Below, piece by piece: positions 21,277 through 30,204 of a stretch of 64,000 nucleotides of DNA; the first letter of the stretch is position 1; the number at the start of each line of letters is the position of its first letter. Where the stretch lies: the NCBI GenBank assembly GCA_011390575.1, contig JAABSE010000005.1, positions 2,726-66,725 on the forward strand, written 5' to 3'. Made by a program: the position numbers and the translations under genes. Source of the DNA: Sphingobacteriia bacterium (GTDB lineage: Bacteria > Bacteroidota > Bacteroidia > Bacteroidales > UBA7960). The notes beneath the pieces were generated by a model. It saw only the letters and a list, made by a program, of their open reading frames with translations, had not been told where the DNA came from and made no database searches.

Positions 21277-21847
21277 ATAGTTGGTTTTTGAAATAATTGA
21301 TTCTGTTTTAAAAAGTGTCATGTTAAATGTTAGATGGGGCTTTGTGGTAGTTGTTTTTGCCTGGTTATTTTAATGGTTTGATTTTTCTAAACCTGGATGA
21401 CTTTCAGGTTCATAATTTTATTATTGTAAAGTAAAGACATTGAAAAGCTTGTTGGTAGCGGATAATCACTTGAAAAAGCCTGTGTATTTTACCCGGAAGA
21501 AAACCCTTGGTTTTCAAAGCGACCCCTCATTTTTACGTATGGAGTTAGCTTTTTTATAAGAAGATTTTCGCCTCTTGTAGATAAGAGTTTTGTTTGGGTG
21601 TGAAGTATTTAGATTGAGATATTAACAGCTTGACAGTTATCGTTTTAATTGATTTTCTTCTCTGCAACTTAATTGCCTTGGACAGATATATTTTCAGGAA
21701 TGAGAAAAAAGTGCTTCTTTTGAGCCTTTCAGGAAAGGAATTTTTGAGGTCTTGGGGCCTCGGATTTTGAACTTTGTAAAGCAGCTGTTGGTTTGCTATG
21801 TATGAATAACAGGAAAAGAAAACGTAAAACAAATTAGCATAAAGAAA

Positions 21848-22543
21848 ATGAAGAATATATTGATAATTGGTGCCAGTTCAGGCATAGGAAACGAACTTGT
21901 GAAAAGATTGCACAAAAACCATAATGTATTTGCCATGAGCAGAACTGCGGGTGAACTAAACAAATTGGAAAATGTAGAATGGAGTGAGCTGGATGTGTTG
22001 GCTGATGAATATGATTTTTCTTTTTTACCTGACACCCTTGATGGACTGGTTTATTGCCCCGGCAGTATCAACCTGAAACCATTAAGAGGACTGAAAGCTG
22101 CTGATGTGCTGGAGGATTTTCAGCTGAATGCTCTGGGTGCATTTAAAGTTGTACAACAGGTATTAAGCAAGCTCAAAAAGTCGGCAGGTTCTTCGGTAGT
22201 TTTTTTCAGTACAGTGGCGGTAGGGCAGGGGATGTCCTATCATGCCTCTGTGAGTATGGCAAAAGGAGCCGTCGAAGGATTGGCCAAATCTTTGGCAGCC
22301 GAACTGGCTCCTTCGGTGCGGGTCAATGTAATAGCTCCTTCTCTTACCGATACACCCCTTGCATCCAGGTTGTTAAGTTCTGAAGAAAGAAAAGAAGCTT
22401 CGGCCCAGAGACATCCTCTTAAAAGAGTGGGTACTCCTGTTGATATTGCAGCTATGGCCCACTTTCTGCTTAGCGACGATGCTTCGTGGGTTACCGGGCA
22501 GGTCATTGGCGTTGACGGAGGGATGAGTACACTGAAGGTTTGA
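21848..22543 (+). CDS. SDR-family oxidoreductase
   Basis: 231 aa. Cofactor motif IIGASSGIGNEL. The active-site region SYHASVSMAKGAVEGL does not show the canonical Y-x-x-x-K spacing. Confidence 0.75.
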   Translation: MKNILIIGASSGIGNELVKRLHKNHNVFAMSRTAGELNKLENVEWSELDVLADEYDFSFLPDTLDGLVYCPGSINLKPLRGLKAADVLEDFQLNALGAFKVVQQVLSKLKKSAGSSVVFFSTVAVGQGMSYHASVSMAKGAVEGLAKSLAAELAPSVRVNVIAPSLTDTPLASRLLSSEERKEASAQRHPLKRVGTPVDIAAMAHFLLSDDASWVTGQVIGVDGGMSTLKV

Positions 22544-22605
22544 TTTTACTGTAGATTCTTCTATCATATTATTTAATCCATGAAGGTCAGGAAATTTTTC
22601 TTTTT

Positions 22606-23445
22606 ATGTCTGTAGCATTAGGCCTGGGTTCCTGCAATCCCGGCGAAAATAAAATATGGATTGACGAATATCCGTCTTTTCCCTCATCCTATGTCACCCC
22701 ACGCAACATTGAGGTTTTTCTGCCTCCCGGTTATGATGCTTCCCGCTCTTATGATGTATTGTACATTCATGACGGACAAAACGTGTTTAATCCGCTTACA
22801 GCTTTTGGCGGCGAGGCCTGGGAACTTGATAAGGCAATGAATGAATTGTCAGAAAAAGGGCTGATCAGACCCACCCTGGTGGTGGCTATCTGGAATACGC
22901 CCTTGCGAATGCAGGAATATATGCCAGGGAAACCCAAGGAAAAAGTAATGGCCGCAGCCCGCAAACATGATTGGGAGGGAGAGATATTGTCGGATAAGTA
23001 TTTGAAATTTATGGTTGAAGAGCTTAAGCCTTTTATCGACAAAACCTACAGCACAAATACCTCCCGGAAAAACACCTTTGTTATGGGATCCAGCATGGGA
23101 GGTTTAATTTCTTTCTATGCCCTGGCTGAGTATCCTGAAGTTTTTGGCGGAGCTGCCTGTATTTCTACCCACTGGCCGGCGCTGGATGGTGTATTCCTGC
23201 ACTATTTGGCCGAAAATTTTCCCGCTCCCGGTAACCATAAGATCTATTTTGACTATGGCACAGCCACCCTTGATTCTCTCTATGAACCCTATCAGCTTAG
23301 GGTAGACAGTATGATGGCAGCTGCCGGTTTTTCCCGGGAAAAAAACTGGGTAAGCAAAAAGTTTGAAGGAGCCAGCCATTCCGAGCAAGCATGGAAAGAA
23401 AGAGTGCATATCCCTCTCGAATTTCTTCTGACAACCCAAAGTTAA
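22606..23445 (+). CDS. putative esterase-family alpha/beta hydrolase (lipoprotein; N-terminus apparently frameshifted)
   Basis: 279 aa. YIHDGQNVF and the nucleophile-elbow motif GSSMGG. A lipobox LGLGSC sits only 9 aa from the annotated Met. An out-of-frame ATG at 22580 encodes MKVRKFFFL, which would complete a normal lipoprotein signal peptide. Confidence 0.7.
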   Translation: MSVALGLGSCNPGENKIWIDEYPSFPSSYVTPRNIEVFLPPGYDASRSYDVLYIHDGQNVFNPLTAFGGEAWELDKAMNELSEKGLIRPTLVVAIWNTPLRMQEYMPGKPKEKVMAAARKHDWEGEILSDKYLKFMVEELKPFIDKTYSTNTSRKNTFVMGSSMGGLISFYALAEYPEVFGGAACISTHWPALDGVFLHYLAENFPAPGNHKIYFDYGTATLDSLYEPYQLRVDSMMAAAGFSREKNWVSKKFEGASHSEQAWKERVHIPLEFLLTTQS

Positions 23446-23656
23446 AAGAGTTTGTGCAGATAAAAACCAAAGAAACGGCTCATATTTCAATTTTTTTTAA
23501 AAATAACCGAAGCCCTCAATTTGCTTATATTGACGATTTTTGCCTTTCAATAGTTGAATTTGCGGGTTTTGTGGTTTGGTTGTTTTGTAATATGCTTATT
23601 TTCAGCGAGTATTGTGGTTTGTGGAAGTATTTTTATATTTGAACTGTTAATAATTT

Positions 23657-23664
23657 TATATTTG
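23657..23664 (+). promoter_or_regulatory. candidate Bacteroidota -7 promoter element (TAnnTTTG)
   Basis: TATATTTG lies about 33 nt upstream of ATG 23698. An identical octamer is at 23634-23641. This rests on a consensus match only. Confidence 0.3.
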
Positions 23665-23697
23665 GGGTAACAAATTTTCAAGATAAAACCTTCCGAC

Positions 23698-24132
23698 ATG
23701 AATGATAAAATTTTGCTCGACAAAGATTATGCAATGGTCAGCTACTATGCAGAGAAAAAGCTTGGCAGTATTATATGGAAGCGCGAACCCAATTCTTCAG
23801 AATATAAAACAGCCTACTTAACCTTGTTGAATTTCGCTTCAGCAGGAGATATGCAATACTTTTTGTCTGATATCAGAGACCAGGGCGCAACTTTGCCCAA
23901 TGAGAGAAAATGGTTTGAACAGGAATTGCTGCCGGCAGTTAACAGGACCGGGTTGAAAAAAGCAGCTGTTATTTATGATGGAACATTTTCCAAGAAGTAT
24001 TATATCAATCTGATAATTGCTGCCAGCAAAAAATTTGGTTTGTCTATAAAGGTTTTTGAAAATGAAGATGATGCGGTATCCTGGCTGGTAACCAAGTCGG
24101 AAGAAAGAGAAAAAAGAGAAAAAGTTATTTAG
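23698..24132 (+). CDS. hypothetical protein, first gene of a three-gene module (possibly SpoIIAA/STAS-like fold)
   Basis: 144 aa with no clear motif. The fold guess is a weak impression only. There is a 9-nt gap to the next gene. Confidence 0.4.
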   Translation: MNDKILLDKDYAMVSYYAEKKLGSIIWKREPNSSEYKTAYLTLLNFASAGDMQYFLSDIRDQGATLPNERKWFEQELLPAVNRTGLKKAAVIYDGTFSKKYYINLIIAASKKFGLSIKVFENEDDAVSWLVTKSEEREKREKVI

Positions 24133-24141
24133 CGCTACTTT

Positions 24142-24852
24142 ATGACTGATATAATTATTTCAGGAAATACCAAGCTTGCTGATATTGTGATGCAAGATCC
24201 AAGGGCACTGGTGCTTTTGCCTCGTTTTGGGATAGAGTTGGGTTTGGGAGACAGAACAGTCAGGCAGGTTTGTGAGGACAAAAACATCAATACAGACTTT
24301 TTTATGTTGATGGTGAATGTATTTCTTAATCACAAATATTTTCCCGATCGTAGGCTCAAAAATGTTGATATTGATATGTTGCTCAGTTATCTGGAAAATT
24401 CCCATCGGTATTACCTTGAAGAGAAAATTCCTTACCTTGAAAATTTGATTGAGGAGTTTAAAAATAAAGTTGAACATCCCGCAACAATCCAACTGGAGAA
24501 GTTTTTCCGGCAATACATCGTTGAAGTCAGGGAGCATCTTGCTTACGAAGATGAAACTGCATTTCCCTATGTTGCTGCCCTTTCACAACAGATAAAAAAA
24601 GATTCCTCTCATCTGGCCGATATCGACTATCATATAGGAGTTTTTGAAGAGAGACATGATAATATTGAGGAAAAACTTACAGATCTCAAAAGCCTGCTGG
24701 TAAAGTATTTCCCCCCTTCCAATGACCGTTATATACGAATACGGATTCTCAGGGAGCTCATGGAATTTGAAGATGATCTCATCAATCATGCCCGTATTGA
24801 AGATAAGGTGCTCATTCCGATTGTTGAACAGCTTGAAAAAAAAATCAGTTAA
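24142..24852 (+). CDS. hemerythrin-like / RIC (ScdA-YtfE)-like di-iron protein
   Basis: 236 aa. N-terminal ScdA_N/DUF1858-like segment (KLADIVMQDPRALVLLPRFGIELG), then four helix-type His/Glu motifs: NSHRYYLEEKIPYLE, EHLAYEDETAFPYV, FEERHDNIEEKL, INHARIEDKVLIPIV. Confidence 0.6.
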   Translation: MTDIIISGNTKLADIVMQDPRALVLLPRFGIELGLGDRTVRQVCEDKNINTDFFMLMVNVFLNHKYFPDRRLKNVDIDMLLSYLENSHRYYLEEKIPYLENLIEEFKNKVEHPATIQLEKFFRQYIVEVREHLAYEDETAFPYVAALSQQIKKDSSHLADIDYHIGVFEERHDNIEEKLTDLKSLLVKYFPPSNDRYIRIRILRELMEFEDDLINHARIEDKVLIPIVEQLEKKIS

Positions 24853-24861
24853 AGGGTTATC

Positions 24862-25449
24862 ATGGCAAGAACCTTAATTATTGCAGAACCATCAGAAATT
24901 ATCAGGAAGGGATTGGTGCATATTTCTGAAAGCCTGGGTTTGTTCTCTTCCATAAAAGAAGTGGCTTGCTCTTCCATGCTTCATGAAACCATAAAGAAGC
25001 ATAACCCCCAAATGGTTCTGCTTAACCCCTCCTTTGTGAATGCTGATGGGCTGCTGGAGCTTAAGGATCTTACCCGGACAACTATGATGATAGCCGGGAT
25101 TATATACTCATTGTATGATGACGATATTGTCAGTATGTTCGATGAGGTAATAATGGTAGGTGATACGAGGCAGAAAATTCATAGAAAAATTGGAGGCCTT
25201 CTGGAAAAAACACCCGGTAAAAACCGATCCAAGCCTTCTGAACCTCTTTCTGCACGCGAACTCGATGTGCTCAAATTACTGGTTAAAGGTTTGAGCAATA
25301 AAGAAATATCAGAAAAGCTTTTTATATCTCCCCACACCGTCATTTCTCACCGCAAAAACATTACACAGAAACTTAATATTAAATCTGTGGCAGGACTAAC
25401 AGTATATGCTATTCTCAATGAACTTATCAGTATGGATGATGTACAATAA
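24862..25449 (+). CDS. LuxR/NarL-family HTH regulator with degenerate (pseudo-)receiver domain
   Basis: 195 aa. C-terminal LSARELDVLKLLVKGLSNKEISEKLFISPHTVISHRKNITQKLNIKS. The N-terminal receiver-like fold has A8-E9 at the acidic pocket and N55 (25024-25026) where the phospho-accepting Asp is expected. Confidence 0.75.
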   Translation: MARTLIIAEPSEIIRKGLVHISESLGLFSSIKEVACSSMLHETIKKHNPQMVLLNPSFVNADGLLELKDLTRTTMMIAGIIYSLYDDDIVSMFDEVIMVGDTRQKIHRKIGGLLEKTPGKNRSKPSEPLSARELDVLKLLVKGLSNKEISEKLFISPHTVISHRKNITQKLNIKSVAGLTVYAILNELISMDDVQ

Positions 25450-25554
25450 AATCCATGGCGGCTCATTGACTTCGGGTATAATGAAATTTTTAATAAACCT
25501 TCAGTTTCATCGTTCCAATTCAAGAAATATTTTTAGTTTTGCAGGGCTGAAATT

Positions 25555-25570
25555 TAAACAAATTTGTTTA
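25555..25570. promoter_or_regulatory. perfect 16-bp palindrome TAAACAAATTTGTTTA, candidate operator
   Basis: Read directly from the sequence. It lies 106 bp after the LuxR-type gene stop and 200 bp before the arcC ATG. Confidence 0.3.
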
Positions 25571-25769
25571 TGAGCCTTACAAGAGGTTATCCTGTTTGTT
25601 TTATATTATTTCCGTCGGATATACCCGACAAACAACCCGATGCTCTCTGACTTCCCCCGGAGAACAAGTATTTTCTGCGTTTTTCCTAATCTAATCCATA
25701 GTCAAAATAAATTTTTGCCTGGCAATTATTTTATTTTGAAATATCAAAACCCTTAAAATCTAAAAAAGA

Positions 25770-26711
25770 ATGAAAAAATTATCTGTAATCGCCTTTGGTG
25801 GCAATGCCCTTTTACGGGGTGATCAGGTAGGAACCATTGATGAACAGGAACAGAATGTATATGATACCTGTCAGCATTTGGTCGAACTGATAAAAACCGG
25901 CTATGATTTGGTTATCGGTCATGGCAACGGACCTCAGGTAGGTAATGTATTGTTGCAGCATGAAGCGGGGCATCAGATTTTTGGTCTTCCCAAGCAACCC
26001 ATTGATTTTTGTGTCGCTGAAACCCAGGGGTCTATCGGATTTATGATTGAGCAGCAATTGCGCAATGTTCTGGCAGAGCATGGCATTGAACGCAATATTG
26101 TTACCCTGGTTACCCAGGTCGTGGTTGATAAAAATGACCCTGCTTTTCAAAATCCCACCAAGCCGGTAGGTCCTTTCTATACCAAAGAGGAAGCCGACAA
26201 ACTTAAAGAGGAAAACAACTGGGTGTTTCACGAAGATCCCCGCAAGCGCGGATGGAGAAGAGTAGTTGCCTCACCTAGACCCCACGAAATTCCCAACTGG
26301 AAGGCGGTAGAAAAACTGGCCCGTGAAGGGAATATCGTGATTACTGTGGGTGGTGGCGGAATCCCTGCCTATATTGACGAAAAAGGAAAAATGGTGGGTA
26401 TTGATGCAGTTATTGATAAAGACCTTGCTTCTTCGTTGCTGGCCAATAAAATCAAAGCCGATGAGTTTTGCATTCTTACTGATGTGCCCAATGTGTATGT
26501 CAACTTCCACAAACCCGGCGAGCAGAAACTGGGCAGGATTGACATCCCTGAAATCAGAAAGCACCTGGCTGACGGCCAGTTTACCGAAGGTAGCATGGCA
26601 CCCAAAGTAAGGGCCTGCATCGAATTTGTGGAAAATGGTGGCAAAGAAGCCATTATAACCGAAGCTGCCCAATTGGGTAATGAAACGGCCGGCACCATTA
26701 TCCATGGATAA
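25770..26711 (+). CDS. arcC: carbamate kinase
   Basis: 313 aa. Begins KLSVIAFGGNALL, followed by GHGNGPQVGN. Typical length and C-terminus for carbamate kinase. Confidence 0.9.
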   Translation: MKKLSVIAFGGNALLRGDQVGTIDEQEQNVYDTCQHLVELIKTGYDLVIGHGNGPQVGNVLLQHEAGHQIFGLPKQPIDFCVAETQGSIGFMIEQQLRNVLAEHGIERNIVTLVTQVVVDKNDPAFQNPTKPVGPFYTKEEADKLKEENNWVFHEDPRKRGWRRVVASPRPHEIPNWKAVEKLAREGNIVITVGGGGIPAYIDEKGKMVGIDAVIDKDLASSLLANKIKADEFCILTDVPNVYVNFHKPGEQKLGRIDIPEIRKHLADGQFTEGSMAPKVRACIEFVENGGKEAIITEAAQLGNETAGTIIHG

Positions 26712-26767
26712 AAATTCAGTATCTGAGTTTACTATAAACCATTTATTAATAATTAAAAACAAACGTT

Positions 26768-27769
26768 ATGGCATTCAATCTGAGAAACAGAAGTTTTTTG
26801 AAACTGCTGGATTTCACTCCACAGGAAATAAAATTTTTACTGGATCTATCCCTGGATCTTAAGAAAGCAAAATATGGTGGCTATGAGCAACCTCGTCTGA
26901 AAGGCAAAAACATAGCCCTGATATTTGAAAAAGCAAGCACCAGAACCCGTTGCGCTTTTGAAGTAGCCGCTTTTGATCAGGGTGCACTGGTAACCTACCT
27001 GGGGCCCACCGGCAGCCAGATTGGCAAAAAAGAATCCATGAAAGATACAGCCCGCGTTTTGGGACGTATGTATGATGGTATTGAATATCGTGGTTTTGCC
27101 CAAACTACCGTGCAGGAGCTTGCTGATTACAGTGGGGTACCTGTTTGGAATGGTTTGACCAACGAGTTTCATCCCACTCAAATCCTTGCTGACTTCCTTA
27201 CCATGATGGAGCACAGCGACAAGCCCCTGAACCAGATCAAGTTCTGCTATTTGGGTGATGCCCGCAACAATATGGGTAACTCACTCATGGTAGGTGCTGC
27301 AAAAATGGGAATGGATTTCCGCGCTGCTGCACCCAAAGAAGTACAGCCCACAGAAGACCTGGTGGCAGAATGTCGCGAAATAGCCAAAGAAACCGGAGCT
27401 AAAATTACAATCACAGAAAGTGTAGACGAAGCCGTAAAGGATTGTGACTTCCTCTACACCGATGTATGGGTATCGATGGGTGAGCCCGATGAGGTTTGGG
27501 AAGAGCGGATCAAGCTGTTGAAGCCTTACCAGGTAAATATGGATGCCATCAAAAAAACCGGTAATCCTAAGGTGAAATTCCTCCATTGTCTGCCCGCATT
27601 CCACAACCGCGAAACTACTGTTGGTGAAGAGATTTACCAGAAGTTTGGTCTTGATGGAATGGAAGTGGTAGAAGAGGTTTTTGAATCAGAACATTCAGTA
27701 GTGTTTGACCAGGCTGAAAACCGCCTGCATACTATCAAAGCCGTTATGGTAGCAACATTGGGAGCCTGA
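26768..27769 (+). CDS. argF: ornithine carbamoyltransferase
   Basis: 333 aa. [20 protein letters not shown] and HCLPA motifs. Adjacency to arcC suggests a catabolic role. Confidence 0.9.
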   Translation: MAFNLRNRSFLKLLDFTPQEIKFLLDLSLDLKKAKYGGYEQPRLKGKNIALIFEKASTRTRCAFEVAAFDQGALVTYLGPTGSQIGKKESMKDTARVLGRMYDGIEYRGFAQTTVQELADYSGVPVWNGLTNEFHPTQILADFLTMMEHSDKPLNQIKFCYLGDARNNMGNSLMVGAAKMGMDFRAAAPKEVQPTEDLVAECREIAKETGAKITITESVDEAVKDCDFLYTDVWVSMGEPDEVWEERIKLLKPYQVNMDAIKKTGNPKVKFLHCLPAFHNRETTVGEEIYQKFGLDGMEVVEEVFESEHSVVFDQAENRLHTIKAVMVATLGA

Positions 27770-27793
27770 TAAAAAGGCAGATTATTTTGAATG

Positions 27794-27824
27794 AAAAAAG
27801 GCTGTCCCACGGACAGCCTTTTTT
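27794..27824. terminator. bidirectional intrinsic terminator between convergent argF and gldA
   Basis: aaaaaaggctgtcc-cac-ggacagcctttttt is a perfect 14-bp stem flanked by A and T runs. Confidence 0.75.
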
Positions 27825-27857
27825 GATCTACGATTTTCAAATATAATAATTATCTTG

Positions 27858-28946
27858 TTACAGGAACTTTTTTCCATATTGGTCAGCCATCTTCAGGGCA
27901 GCAAATACTTTGTCTGCATCCACAGGCATAGGCTCATTATGAATGGTCTCTCCTTCTTTGGTTGCAGCTTTAGCTACTTTGTAGAGGTCTTCGTCTGTAA
28001 CGTCTTTAAGTCCGATTTCTGCCAGGGTAACCGGCAAACCAATACTTCTGCAAAAGCCATAAACCTCATCAATGAGGTCAATGGGTTTGTCCGTCAGAAA
28101 TAAGGAGGCGAGTGTGCCGATGGTTACTTTTTCTCCATGAAAATAATCATGTGTAGGCTCCAGAACTGTCAAACCATTGTGTATGGCATGGGCAGTGGCC
28201 AAGCCCCCGCTTTCGAAACCCAGACCGCTCAACAAAGTATTGGCCTCTACAACTTTTTCCAGTGCCGGAGTGGTTACACCTGCATCACATGCATCTTTGG
28301 CTACTTCTCCGTATTCCAGTAAAGTTTCATAGCACAGATTGGCCAGGTTATAGGCTGTCATTGAGCCTGCTTTGCCACTCATGTTGGGCGCATAACTCTG
28401 CATGCACGATTGTGCTTCAAACCAGGTAGCAAGAGCATCTCCCATACCTGATACCAGAAAGCGCGAGGGTGCATTGACAATAATCCGGGTGTCCACCATT
28501 ACCACGTTGGGGTTTTGGGGCAGGAAAAGGTAGCGGTCAACTTCTCCCTTTTCTGTGTATATTACCGACAGAGCACTGCAGGGGGCGTCTGTGGAGGCCA
28601 GGCTGGGAATTATGATCATGGGCAGTTTTAGTTCGTAGGCAACAGCTTTGGCAGTGTCAATGGTTTTCCCTCCTCCAAAACCTATGATTACCTCCACTTC
28701 TTTGTTTTTGGCTGTTTTTGACAACCTTAATATTTCCTTGTCCGTACATTCTCCCCCGAAACTTTCGGTAGTGAGCTGTATCTCCTTTCCTGTTTCTTTT
28801 TTGTAGTCTGGCAAAATGTTATCATATACAAACGGATCAGCAATCATAAATGCTTTTTTACCAAATCTTTTTACTTCTTCTGAAAGATGCTTGATAGCAT
28901 CTGGTCCTTGCACATATCTTCCCGGAAATAAAGTTGTTGTTAGCAT
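27858..28946 (-). CDS. gldA: glycerol dehydrogenase (iron-containing alcohol dehydrogenase family)
   Basis: 362 aa. GldA-like N-terminus FPGRYVQGPDAI, GGGKTIDTAKA, and His-rich metal site HAIHNG. Confidence 0.85.
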   Translation of the reverse strand: MLTTTLFPGRYVQGPDAIKHLSEEVKRFGKKAFMIADPFVYDNILPDYKKETGKEIQLTTESFGGECTDKEILRLSKTAKNKEVEVIIGFGGGKTIDTAKAVAYELKLPMIIIPSLASTDAPCSALSVIYTEKGEVDRYLFLPQNPNVVMVDTRIIVNAPSRFLVSGMGDALATWFEAQSCMQSYAPNMSGKAGSMTAYNLANLCYETLLEYGEVAKDACDAGVTTPALEKVVEANTLLSGLGFESGGLATAHAIHNGLTVLEPTHDYFHGEKVTIGTLASLFLTDKPIDLIDEVYGFCRSIGLPVTLAEIGLKDVTDEDLYKVAKAATKEGETIHNEPMPVDADKVFAALKMADQYGKKFL

Positions 28947-29069
28947 AGTTTTTTTGTTTAATTTTAATGATTACCTCTTTGTTAATTATAGTGGTATAAC
29001 AGCCCTTTTCCTGTTATTGTTTAAAAGCAATAATCAATATATTTAATTAGTATAAATGCAAATCTGGAT

Positions 29070-29954
29070 ATGGAAAATATTTCAACCCTTGATTTTATGG
29101 TGAGTACGCCTGTAAAACTGGAAGAACTGCCCACCCGTCTCGATATGGACCTCAAAAAGAAGGAGAAGAAAAAAGCACTGAAAAAAGTGGGGAAGAAGCT
29201 CAGCAAATTGCAGGATACTATGTATGCCCACAACCGATACGGAGTGCTGGTGGTTTTGCAGGGAATGGATACTTCGGGTAAAGATAGCCTGATTCGGGAA
29301 GTGTTTAGTAAATTCAACCCCAGGGGAGTGGTAGTGCATAGCTTTAAACCTCCTACCTCCAAAGAACTTCAGTATGATTATTTGTGGCGACATTATGTGG
29401 CATTGCCCATGAAAGGAAAATATTCCATTTTCAATCGCAGTCATTATGAAAATGTTCTGGTAACAAGGGTTAACCCTCAATATTTGCTCAGCGAAAATAT
29501 TCCAGGCATTGAAAAGATCGAGGATATTCCCGGCGATTTCTGGGACAAACGCTTTGACCAGATCCGCAATTTTGAAAAACACATTGTGCAAAACGGCACC
29601 ATTGTGTTCAAGTTTTTTCTCCATCTGAGCAAGGAGGAACAACGACAGCGATTGCTGCGCAGGCTGGAAAAGGAAAACAAAAACTGGAAATTTGCCCCCA
29701 GCGATTTGACAGAGCGCAAACTGTGGGATGAATACTGGACTTATTACCAGCAAGCCATCAACAATACTTCTTTGCCACATGCACCATGGTATATTATTCC
29801 TGCTGATGATAAGCAGGAAGCAAGGTATCTGGTGGCAAAAATTATTTTTGAAAAAATGAGAGAATATACGGACATCATTGAACCCCAGCTTGACAGTGCT
29901 ATTCAGGACAATATTCATAAATACAAGGAGAAACTGAGCAAAAAAGATATTTAA
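29070..29954 (+). CDS. polyphosphate kinase 2 family protein (polyphosphate:nucleotide phosphotransferase)
   Basis: 294 aa. Walker-A-like VLQGMDTSGKDS, FNRSHYE and PWYIIPADDK motifs of single-domain PPK2. Confidence 0.85.
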   Translation: MENISTLDFMVSTPVKLEELPTRLDMDLKKKEKKKALKKVGKKLSKLQDTMYAHNRYGVLVVLQGMDTSGKDSLIREVFSKFNPRGVVVHSFKPPTSKELQYDYLWRHYVALPMKGKYSIFNRSHYENVLVTRVNPQYLLSENIPGIEKIEDIPGDFWDKRFDQIRNFEKHIVQNGTIVFKFFLHLSKEEQRQRLLRRLEKENKNWKFAPSDLTERKLWDEYWTYYQQAINNTSLPHAPWYIIPADDKQEARYLVAKIIFEKMREYTDIIEPQLDSAIQDNIHKYKEKLSKKDI

Positions 29955-30204
29955 AAGCTCTTCAGGTTGTAACTATTAAGGGTATATACTAATAGACTGC
30001 AGGATGTAAGGTTGACAGATAGCAGGTATTTCTAAACAATCTCAGCCTGTAGTTTAAATAACCTGAGTAGTTACTTCAGGTTTATAGTAAATAATCAGAC
30101 AGCAGAAGTTTTGCAAATCATAAACAGGGATTACTCCAGTTATCTGCACCAGGAGCAGCTCCCTGAAGGCTAAGAATCATGAGTTAATATAAAAATATGA
30201 ATAA

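Noticed and set aside
21322-21847. 526-bp divergent intergenic region with ORFs 21554..21832 and 21796..22035 (reverse strand)
   Set aside because: Both ORFs are low-complexity and AT-driven (F/S/K/L-rich), and one overlaps the SDR gene start. This is more likely a promoter region for the divergent protease and SDR genes. I could not place confident -7/-33 elements.
29082-29918. 278 aa ORF antisense to almost the whole PPK2 gene. Similar long antisense ORFs occur at 40495..41373, 41521..42363, 49255..50001, 53838..54371 and 12841..13308.
   Set aside because: The sense-strand proteins carry clear family motifs and the antisense products have none. Long shadow ORFs are expected opposite codon-biased genes.
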